NCBI RefSeq assembly: GCF_001481685.1
Contig: NZ_CP006867.1
Location: forward strand, 450,001-482,000
Reading direction: 5' to 3'
Length of the DNA stretch: 32,000 nucleotides
Source: Ignicoccus islandicus DSM 13165
GTDB lineage: Archaea > Thermoproteota > Thermoprotei_A > Sulfolobales > Ignicoccaceae
Under the pieces are notes generated by a model, which had not been told where the DNA came from, ran no database searches, and saw only the letters and a list, made by a program, of their open reading frames with translations. Below, one piece after another: positions 18,273 to 25,547 of this stretch (positions are counted from its first letter, which is position 1; the number at the start of each line of letters is the position of its first letter). Both the position numbers and the translations under genes were made by a program.

Positions 18273-19909
18273 TGACCTACACCCAACCCAATGCCTTTTA
18301 CGTATAAGTCCTCGCCGTGGAAGGTTGCGAAGAGGGCATTGTTCTTCCTTAAGAACTCGTAATATCCGCGACACTCATTGCCCTTCACAGAGTTCTCGAA
18401 TTCCTTCACGTCCACCCATTTGGCCTCTCGATCGTCGCCCCGATGGAAGGTGACGAGGAGCTTTCCATCTCGCGCAAACACGTGTAGGTTAGCTAGGAAC
18501 CAGCTCAAGGAAGTCTCAACGAAGTCGTTATCGTCAACTTCAATGCTAATTAAATTGGTGTCCCTAACGAAGCTACAGTAATTCTTCAGCGTTTCCAATA
18601 TATCTTCCACATTAGGGAACGGTTTTTGCATGAGTAGTTCGAACAAACTCCTATATTGACTCGAACTGAAAACACTCCCTTCAACCTTCTCAATTAAGTT
18701 AAGATAGCTTATTCCGCCTTCGTTATCCAATAGCCTCCACTGGATTGAATTAAGCTCGAGGGCGGACCTAATAAATTCCATTGATTCATTCAAGGTTGCT
18801 TGTTCGTAAGGATAGGGTTGCTTCGCATTTGTAATTATTACCTTGGCCTCGTCGCACATCCTAAGCCTACAGAGTCTCCCGGCCCTCTGGGCGAGGGAAC
18901 TGGGGGGCGCTACTTCGGTAACCAAGGTAGTCGCGTCCACGTCCACGCCGGCCTCAATTACTTGAGTGGAAATGACTACCCGCGCGGATTCTATTTTCGT
19001 AACGGCGTTTGCTTTATCGTTAGAGCTAAGCCTGCCGTGAACCAGTACCACGTCCTTCGGGTTCAAGCGCTTACTTAAGATTTGGTAAATCTCGAAGGCC
19101 TTGTTTACTGTATTGGATACTACTAAGAGCTTGCCTCTATAGGCCTCATCGAGTAAGCTCTCTACGTTCTCTTTTACATACTTACCTATAGGATCGCTAA
19201 CTAATTCGGTTCGCCATTTTATAGATAGCTGGGAATGGTAGTAATCTGAATCCCTGAACCTAACGACCTTGTTTCCGAGTTTCTCGTAACAGTTATTGCA
19301 AACTACTACGGCCCTTCCGGTCTTCCTCATCACTTTTTTCAAGAACTTGGAAGGAAGGGTCGCTGTTGCAACTACGAAGGGAACCTTGAACTCGTTCATC
19401 GTTTCGAGCGAGGCGAACAAGAACTCGCGACTTCGGCTCTCCTCCCTCTCCCAAGTTTCCCCAATTAAGTGAACTTCATCTAAGAGAATTAGGGAGGTGA
19501 ACAAGTTCGCTCTTGGATATTCGTAATGACCGTAACTCCACTTCCTTAGAACGAAGGGTAATTCGGGGGGAGGCAATCTGTTTATAGTTAAGGAGAAGTA
19601 GTCTATGGTAGCCGTTACGAACTCTCCCGACATGTAAGGACACTTCCCCTCAACTGGGAGCCCTGAGGCGTGGCATGGCTCCAAGCCCACGGTTCGGAGG
19701 TAATTCATTTGGGATTGAACCAAGCTCCTTAGGGGAAAGACGTGAACGGTCCTAGGTAAGTTCCATTCCTCTTCGAGGCGCTTCTTTAAATAAGGAGTTC
19801 CCTTGCTCTTACCGTATCCCGTAGGGGCCACGAAGACAGCACTCCCATCGCTTAGCAAGGTCTCGAGAATTTCATCGTATGCCCTTCTATAGAAGGGTTT
19901 TAGGGCCAA
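18257..19909 (-). CDS. cas3': Cas3' DEAD/DEAH helicase (subtype I-A split Cas3)
   Basis: Helicase motifs are APTGYGKS (I), LLDEVH (II), ATATLP (III), STQVIEAGVDVD (V) and QRAGRLCR (VI). The track ORF runs to 20089. The TTG at 19909, preceded by GGTGAGG, overlaps the cas8a stop and puts motif I about 24 aa from the N-terminus, so it is preferred. Confidence 0.85.
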   Translation of the reverse strand: MALKPFYRRAYDEILETLLSDGSAVFVAPTGYGKSKGTPYLKKRLEEEWNLPRTVHVFPLRSLVQSQMNYLRTVGLEPCHASGLPVEGKCPYMSGEFVTATIDYFSLTINRLPPPELPFVLRKWSYGHYEYPRANLFTSLILLDEVHLIGETWEREESRSREFLFASLETMNEFKVPFVVATATLPSKFLKKVMRKTGRAVVVCNNCYEKLGNKVVRFRDSDYYHSQLSIKWRTELVSDPIGKYVKENVESLLDEAYRGKLLVVSNTVNKAFEIYQILSKRLNPKDVVLVHGRLSSNDKANAVTKIESARVVISTQVIEAGVDVDATTLVTEVAPPSSLAQRAGRLCRLRMCDEAKVIITNAKQPYPYEQATLNESMEFIRSALELNSIQWRLLDNEGGISYLNLIEKVEGSVFSSSQYRSLFELLMQKPFPNVEDILETLKNYCSFVRDTNLISIEVDDNDFVETSLSWFLANLHVFARDGKLLVTFHRGDDREAKWVDVKEFENSVKGNECRGYYEFLRKNNALFATFHGEDLYVKGIGLGVGQWYGQ

Positions 19910-21135
19910 AGGTTCCTCACCTTGACGTAGCCTAAGCTCCTTCTGAGCCACTCCACTCTGTTGCGGAGCTCTTGGGGGAGCTTGCCAGTTATCGAAAGCG
20001 CCGCTAACCTCCTGGAACAGTCGTAGAGCTTCTGAACGTTCGAAGAAATAACGTACTGGTAGAGGTCGTTCAAACACTCGCCCGCACAAGCTTGAACCTC
20101 GCCGTTACCGCTCTTAGTCCATAACAAGGAGAGCAAGTGGGAGAGTATGTAATTCGCCCTCTTCTCGTCTCCAGTTAGTCTGTAGAACTTACAGAATATC
20201 TCGCTGGATATGAGGGGGAAAGCATTAGACACCATTGGCTTCTTCTCGCGCTTCTTCTCATTTTTGGAAATGAACGTTAGTATCAGTGCGTCCAAGGGAT
20301 TCATGCAAACGCTTCCTTGCTGGAATACTTTCGCTTTAACGAAGGCGTGGCTATAGTGGAAGTGCAAGTAGACGTCCGTGCTAACCGGTAAGTTCTTAGG
20401 GTTACTTGGCCTATTTTCAACCATCGCCCAGTACCTTTGGGCGACGTGGTTCTTCATTGTTTCTCTAAGGGACTCGGGGAGAGGTGGTAGAACTCTAAAC
20501 TCGGTTCTATAACTGCGCTTTCCGTCGTTATTTGAGATAATAAAACCTACATTCGAGACTATGAGTCCGGTTATTGCCAGCGCTTCTCCTAGAAGTGTCT
20601 CCTTATTGTTTATAACGTAAACCATCTTGTTGTCCCTTTCCGTCCTCGAAGGAACCATGAACGTCTTGACGTGCCGGCCTAAATTCAATTTAACCATCAT
20701 TAACCTAGTAGGAGGTCTGTTCTTGATCCTCCTTACCGTTTCCTCCGACTTCACAGTCATGTACTCTAGTAGTTTACACCAAAACTCCTTTGTGAAAGCG
20801 TTCGCGTCTTCTCGTTTACTCCTTATCTTGTTACGTTTCTCTTGATATTCCTGCCATTTCTCCGTACCCATTATCTTTTCAACGAAGTGGGTGTCATTAC
20901 CACTGGGCATCCTCTCCAAATACTTGTACTTCTTGTAATATTCTTCAATCAAATTGCAGAGCCCTTCGTAAAGCTCTTCCTCGTTCTCCTCTATCTCAAT
21001 ATAGTCCGTGCCATACCTCTCTACTTTTAGGTCCGACAAGTAGAGGACTAGCGCTTGATAGTACCTACCTATGAGGGTTGAGGGAAGCAAACTTACTTTC
21101 AAGTACCACCACCTACGCAAACGTCTTCGATACAA
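19900..21135 (-). CDS. cas8a: putative Cas8a-type large subunit (assigned by position only)
   Basis: An ORF of about 400 aa between cas5 and cas3', which is the large-subunit slot in I-A operons. I recognise no sequence motif. The start is non-ATG (TTG at 21135, or TTG at 21090 just after the cas5 stop). Confidence 0.5.
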   Translation of the reverse strand: MYRRRLRRWWYLKVSLLPSTLIGRYYQALVLYLSDLKVERYGTDYIEIEENEEELYEGLCNLIEEYYKKYKYLERMPSGNDTHFVEKIMGTEKWQEYQEKRNKIRSKREDANAFTKEFWCKLLEYMTVKSEETVRRIKNRPPTRLMMVKLNLGRHVKTFMVPSRTERDNKMVYVINNKETLLGEALAITGLIVSNVGFIISNNDGKRSYRTEFRVLPPLPESLRETMKNHVAQRYWAMVENRPSNPKNLPVSTDVYLHFHYSHAFVKAKVFQQGSVCMNPLDALILTFISKNEKKREKKPMVSNAFPLISSEIFCKFYRLTGDEKRANYILSHLLSLLWTKSGNGEVQACAGECLNDLYQYVISSNVQKLYDCSRRLAALSITGKLPQELRNRVEWLRRSLGYVKVRNLWP

Positions 21136-21944
21136 TAACCGGATTTTACTGAGCCAAAATTCTTTGAAGGAGGAGGTGTTAGCACGAAGGAGCTGGATAG
21201 GGGCCCCGAAGCCGCTACGTACCTTCTCGTTTGAACAACTAAGGAGACACCCCTCCTAGCTTTCGTTACGCAAGCGGAAGACTTAGTTAGTTCCCATAGG
21301 TCCAAGTTAACGAACGGTTGAGGCTTCTCTATCCATAGCTCTTCCGGAGCGTATAAATAGGTCTCACAGTTAACGCATTCGTTAGCTTCCCCAACTGAAC
21401 TTTCTCTAATGAAAATCAAGCCTTCCTTAGCTCCCAACCTCCTAGGCACTACCGTCTTCAGAACCTCTTCGAGGTCCCCTTCGCTAATGGGCTTACCACT
21501 CACCTCCTCGTATCTCTTAGCGAGGGTATCCAAGTCCACCACTACCGCGAGGTCGAGTACCGCACCGGGTCCGTAAACGGCTGCTATTGCTTGGGCGGTA
21601 AACCACTGTCTAGGATCCCGCGCGTTCTCATCGCTTAAGTAAGGTATTTGAACGAGCTTCGTCACCTCGCCCTTGACTATTAGTCCAACCTCGCTTTCCG
21701 GGGATAGCCCCAGGGCGGCTGCCTTGAAGGCATCCTTGAAGGCATAGATAGGTGAGCAAATGGTTCCCTCGTAGTTGACTAACTCTCCTAGTCCCAGCCT
21801 TATGGCTACGGGTTCTATTACGGATCCGATTATGGTGGAAGGCGGCGGTAGTATGGGTCCCAATTGAAATCCGCTTGCGTAAGGGAACCTTATTGGTATC
21901 CCCCAGGCCAGTTTGACCTTGTAACGCAATCCCAAAAGGGACAA
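21099..21944 (-). CDS. cas5: Cas5a (RAMP)
   Basis: 281 aa with a Cas5-like N-terminus (FPYASGFQLGPILPPPSTIIGSV) and a position immediately after cas7. It has a TTG start, and the ORF contains no ATG codon downstream of it. An AGGGGA motif lies 8 nt upstream. Confidence 0.7.
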   Translation of the reverse strand: MSLLGLRYKVKLAWGIPIRFPYASGFQLGPILPPPSTIIGSVIEPVAIRLGLGELVNYEGTICSPIYAFKDAFKAAALGLSPESEVGLIVKGEVTKLVQIPYLSDENARDPRQWFTAQAIAAVYGPGAVLDLAVVVDLDTLAKRYEEVSGKPISEGDLEEVLKTVVPRRLGAKEGLIFIRESSVGEANECVNCETYLYAPEELWIEKPQPFVNLDLWELTKSSACVTKARRGVSLVVQTRRYVAASGPLSSSFVLTPPPSKNFGSVKSGYCIEDVCVGGGT

Positions 21945-21963
21945 ATTAGTTCCCCTTAGAACT

Positions 21964-23031
21964 TCACTTGAGCTTGAGGCTCTCGCCCAAGCGAGCGAGT
22001 GCCTCCTCGGAGGCCTTCGCTATTGCTTCTAAGTAGCTGTTCGTTTCTATGACCTCTATCTTCGCCTCTTGCGGCTTCTTGAGTCCCTCCTTGTCGAAGT
22101 AGTACACCTTCGAATTGTTGCTCAGTATTTGAAGCCTCTCCACTGTTTCGAACAAGTAGGAGGGCTCGTTTCCGGGGCTTACTTCGAAAGGCACGTCCGT
22201 AACGGCTACTACTAAGCTCATTACTTCCCATTGCGGGTTGAACCTAGTCCTCTTAGCTCCCCATAACATTGAGCCCATTAGGTTCTGTAGAGCTTTGAGG
22301 GCCGCTTCCGCTCTCTTGAACCTCTCGGGGGCTTCGAGGGAATCCACCTCCTCACCGTATTCAGTGTTATCTGAACTGAGAACGCCTATGTTGCTTACGT
22401 CCAAAGAGAAGTTCAGGTTGTAGAGCGCGCTACCTATTTCAACGTAATAGAGCATTTGGCCCCCCGATTGCTCTGCGCCAGCGTACCTTACGTGTAGTTC
22501 AGGTTCCGTTCCTACAGCGCCAGCCTTTAAGGAGTCTAATGTAGGTAGCATATACCCTACTCTGAATCTAGACGTTCTCTTAACTGTGTTATCCGAATTA
22601 AGGAATCCACCGACGTCCTCTACTACGCATTGTTGAATAATGACTTTCTCTAGCTCGCTCTTTTTAATTCCTCCACTTTCCTTGCTCTTTTTAGTACCTT
22701 TCTTACCTGGCTGTTGAAGGGATTGGGGGATTTGTATACCACAATTGTTCAATGCGTTCTCATCGGTACTTTTAACGAATATTCCCTTCTCACAACATTT
22801 GCAAACGGGTAAGCCGTATCTCTTAGCTACTTCAGCTAGGTGGACTTGGTAAGCGTGAGCTATGCTCTCGCCGCTTATTGCCGGTACGTACAAGACTTGG
22901 AGACCGTCCTTTGTTTTTATGACAACTGGTGCTCTCCTATGCCTAGTTACGTTACCTACGCTTTCGGCCATATTCAATGCATCTGCATTTAAGAGTATCC
23001 TAGCGGAGAGACTTATACCAACGTAACTCAT
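21964..23031 (-). CDS. cas7: Cas7 / Csa2 (I-A backbone subunit)
   Basis: The N-terminus is Csa2/DevR-like (MSYVGISLSARILLNADALNMAESVGNVTRHRRAPVV), with ISGESIAHAYQVHLAE, a CKCCEKG cluster and VEDVGGFL. The track start is 23067. The ATG at 23031, 11 nt after the csa5 stop, is preferred. Confidence 0.85.
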   Translation of the reverse strand: MSYVGISLSARILLNADALNMAESVGNVTRHRRAPVVIKTKDGLQVLYVPAISGESIAHAYQVHLAEVAKRYGLPVCKCCEKGIFVKSTDENALNNCGIQIPQSLQQPGKKGTKKSKESGGIKKSELEKVIIQQCVVEDVGGFLNSDNTVKRTSRFRVGYMLPTLDSLKAGAVGTEPELHVRYAGAEQSGGQMLYYVEIGSALYNLNFSLDVSNIGVLSSDNTEYGEEVDSLEAPERFKRAEAALKALQNLMGSMLWGAKRTRFNPQWEVMSLVVAVTDVPFEVSPGNEPSYLFETVERLQILSNNSKVYYFDKEGLKKPQEAKIEVIETNSYLEAIAKASEEALARLGESLKLK

Positions 23032-23042
23032 ACCTAACCACC

Positions 23043-23423
23043 TCAAGAACTTTGAATTAGGGGACAATCACCCTCAAGGGCTTTAATTGAAATAACCTTA
23101 AGGAGGTTCATAACATCCTTGTTAAAGGACTCCTTTATTAACTTGGCTATGGACTCCGCCTCCACCTTAGCTATTGATATCACTTTACCGCAATCGAGCT
23201 CCTCGTTCTTAACGAGGGTCTTCACAGTACTGCAGAGTTCCTCCTTCTTCTTACCTTCGCTTAAGAAAATGGACTCGATATTCCTGACTGCATCGTAAAG
23301 CGTCTGTAAGGCCACTGAAGGATTAATTGAGTTCGCCAATCTATCAACTACGCTGAAGTCTTTGTTACAAACGTAATAGTGTAACACTACCGGTAGTGCC
23401 CAATAGTTCTTGTCATCGCTCAA
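23043..23423 (-). CDS. csa5: Csa5 (Cas11a small subunit), assigned by size, helical character and position
   Basis: 126 aa, predicted helical, and the first gene of the operon directly upstream of cas7. It has a TTG start, and the only ATG downstream of it lies near the C-terminus. A GGAGGT motif lies 11 nt upstream. Confidence 0.55.
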   Translation of the reverse strand: MSDDKNYWALPVVLHYYVCNKDFSVVDRLANSINPSVALQTLYDAVRNIESIFLSEGKKKEELCSTVKTLVKNEELDCGKVISIAKVEAESIAKLIKESFNKDVMNLLKVISIKALEGDCPLIQSS

Positions 23424-23434
23424 GACTTACGGAT

Positions 23435-23471
23435 ACCTCCAGTATAATGGAAAAGTCTCTAAATTAAATAA
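23435..23471 (-). promoter_or_regulatory. cas operon promoter/RBS candidate
   Basis: The minus strand reads TTATTTAATTTA (23460-23471, TATA-like) and GGAGGT (23435-23440), upstream of the csa5 TTG at 23423. Confidence 0.35.
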
Positions 23472-23501
23472 GTGTTGGTAAACAATCGGGTTAGGTTAGT
23501 G

Positions 23502-23834
23502 TTAATTGAAAAACGGTAACGGCACTAAAGTCCCGTAACCTAACTCTCTATACCTTCCGGCACCTTTCCAGTACGTGGCTTCCCAATCCTCACATTCGGA
23601 GTAGAACATCGCACCTGGAGCTATTGCTAAGGCGTAAGGCCTAGGGCACTGACGTTCGCCTCTTAGCTCCCACCCTAAGGGGATTATCTCAACGTTAACT
23701 CGCGTTCCTGGAACTGTTGCGCTCGCTCCTATCTTTTCTTTCAAATAATTCCTTACGATATCTTCCAACTCGATCCATACACTAGGGTCTTCAATATCTA
23801 AATCTATTTCTAGGATTAGTGGGATAGTAGGCAA
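23502..23834 (-). pseudogene. RAMP C-terminal-like fragment (110-aa ORF with glycine-rich loop)
   Basis: The C-terminal GAGRYRELGYGTLVPLP resembles the G-rich loop (GxGxxxxxG[FY]G) of Cas6 and type III RAMPs. The ORF is too short for an intact RAMP. It has a TTG start, with TATA-like TTCTATAAGG / GATAAATAC boxes upstream on the minus strand. Confidence 0.4.
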
Positions 23835-23896
23835 TAGAATGTATTTATCGCCTTATAGAATCCCATACTTTTTGGTTCTTTGTAAATATAGCTCCA

Positions 23897-24091
23897 TCAC
23901 TTCCATAACTTATTGCAACAAGCCAAGGCCGTCTTCATAGAACCCTTTAGGGAGGAGGCGGGTAGGAAGAACACCCCCGTTCCGTCCCTTATTACGGGGA
24001 GGTCCACTATTCCCTCGCTCCTGCCTACCCCTACGTGAACGTGGGAAAGGGCTGAAGCTAGAACCAAGGCTTTGTCGCTCAACCCAAACAC
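23897..24091 (-). pseudogene. truncated type III Cas7-like RAMP N-terminal fragment (64 aa)
   Basis: HVHVGVGRSEGIVDLPVIRDGTGVFFLPASSLKGSMKTAL matches the N-terminal signature of Csm3/Cmr4/Cmr6-type subunits (hxGxG...D.P..RD...P.IPGSSLKGxLR). The ORF stops after 64 codons, and stops occur in all three frames before the next ORF. It has a GTG start with TTTTATAT about 30 nt upstream. Confidence 0.55.
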
Positions 24092-24152
24092 TTCCCTATA
24101 TATTCGGGAAATTCTATTTGATATAAAAGGCTTTGCATTAGAGACAGAGTGA

Positions 24153-24926
24153 CTAGGCCTTGAAGCGTTCTTCCAGCAGCCTCTTGAACTTTACTACGTC
24201 TCTCATCATATATACGTTATTGAACATAACGTGAACTTCGCTAGCGTTAGTCTCCATTATTCTCTCAATTAAATCCTTAAGCTCCTCCTCGCTATATTCG
24301 TATCTATAACTACCTTTCCCGTGGAGACGCAAGTAAATGATGTCTTCGTAGTAAGGAGGCCATTGCTTAAATGGATCTACAATATGGATGATTCCCATGT
24401 CTACTATCTCTCGAACTTCCGGTCTTCCCACCCACGTACCGCGAGGTTCCCATCCAATCCTCTTCCACGTAGTTAGGGCCCAGCGAAAGAAGTTCTTGGC
24501 CCTCTCCAAGTTCTCTTTACTGTATCCGAAGCTTGGTGGAGTCTGGACGACTATCACGTCGCCTTTAACTGCCCGAGCTGCTTCAACTGTCTTTAACCAA
24601 GCTTCCTTTACCTCCTCGGTGAGCTTCAATAAACCATACCTATCTAACTTGTCCTTAGGTATTACGATCTTAGCCCTCCTATACGTCGGGGAGGTAGGTG
24701 GGTGAGATACCAGCTGCCAAGCCTTTAGGTGAACATTGATTTCATCGCCGAGCTCCCTCCTCCACTTCTCAAGCGTCTCTAATGGGGGAGGGTTGTAGAA
24801 GGTTTGTTGTATTTCAACCGCATTGATGTACTCCCTCAAGACTCGCTTGGACTTGGGGAAACCGCACGTACCGTAGTATATCATCAAGTCAGTATTCCCA
24901 GAGTAATACAAGAGGTTACACTCCAA
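24153..24926 (-). CDS. DUF72 (UPF0759/YecE-like) family protein
   Basis: YYGTCGFPKS...YINAVEIQQTFYNPPPLETLEKWRREL matches the DUF72 N-terminal signature (GTSGW ... vEvNstFY..p). The true start may be the Met at 24884 (MIYYGTCGF). Confidence 0.8.
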   Translation of the reverse strand: MECNLLYYSGNTDLMIYYGTCGFPKSKRVLREYINAVEIQQTFYNPPPLETLEKWRRELGDEINVHLKAWQLVSHPPTSPTYRRAKIVIPKDKLDRYGLLKLTEEVKEAWLKTVEAARAVKGDVIVVQTPPSFGYSKENLERAKNFFRWALTTWKRIGWEPRGTWVGRPEVREIVDMGIIHIVDPFKQWPPYYEDIIYLRLHGKGSYRYEYSEEELKDLIERIMETNASEVHVMFNNVYMMRDVVKFKRLLEERFKA

Positions 24927-24963
24927 TATCCTCTCTTCCTCTATAAGCTTTACGGGAACTGGT

Positions 24964-25500
24964 ATGGGACTCAGAAGGGAAATAATGGTTGCAATGCACC
25001 AGATAAGGAAGGTTAGGTCTAAGCTCGCGTATCAACTAGCCGCCGTTGAGCAAAAGGAGAAGGACTTAATGAGCAAACTCATTCAAGCCCAAACCCAAGG
25101 AGACCAACTTAGGTCCAAAGTGTACGCTAATGAAATAGCTAACCTAAGGAAGGTCAGAGCCAACTTAATGATATTGGACGTTAAGCTGGAGCAAGCGTTG
25201 CTGAGACTGGAGACGGCGCTAACCTTCGGAGACGCTGCCGCTGGATTACTGAACATAGCTGGCGAGGTGAAAGTAACTGTGGAAAAGGCGAAGGAGTTCC
25301 TCCCCAACATGCAAGAGGAGCTGGAGGGGTTAGTAGAGTCGCTAGAGGAGGTCTCAACGGAGGGCATGGGTACAATGAGTTACAGCGGAGTGTACCTAGA
25401 CCCGGAGGCCTCCAAGATACTGGAAGAGGCCAAGTCCATTGCGGAAAGCAAACTGAGGGCTATGATGGAATCAGAGGAAGGGGAGGCATCGGGCGCCTAA
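24964..25500 (+). CDS. ESCRT-III / Snf7 (CdvB-family) paralog
   Basis: 178 aa, helical. The pattern EKDLMSKLIQAQTQGDQLRSKVYANEIANLRKV ... LEQALLRLETA, together with an acidic C-terminus, parallels crenarchaeal CdvB proteins. Confidence 0.6.
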   Translation: MGLRREIMVAMHQIRKVRSKLAYQLAAVEQKEKDLMSKLIQAQTQGDQLRSKVYANEIANLRKVRANLMILDVKLEQALLRLETALTFGDAAAGLLNIAGEVKVTVEKAKEFLPNMQEELEGLVESLEEVSTEGMGTMSYSGVYLDPEASKILEEAKSIAESKLRAMMESEEGEASGA

Positions 25501-25547
25501 GCCATTCATTAACCTCACTTAAAGCATAACTTTTTAGGGCATAGATA

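Noticed and set aside
19910-20089. A 60-codon N-terminal extension of the cas3' reading frame overlapping cas8a, considered as a possible fusion or programmed frameshift
   Set aside because: A TTG with a GGTGAGG Shine-Dalgarno-like motif sits exactly at the cas8a stop and gives a normal distance to helicase motif I. The extension has no helicase features and is probably just an open frame.
23430-23455. Possible degenerate CRISPR repeat in the csa5 promoter (…TCCAGTATAATGGAAAAG)
   Set aside because: Only about 11 of 21 positions match, and only with a gap. This is indistinguishable from chance in A/T-rich promoter DNA.
23767-23796. GATCCA….TAGGG core of the repeat inside the 110-aa ORF
   Set aside because: The match needs a 4-nt insertion, and both flanks (0/5 and 3/9) do not match. 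Spacing to the 23816 candidate (about 19 nt) does not fit an array period.
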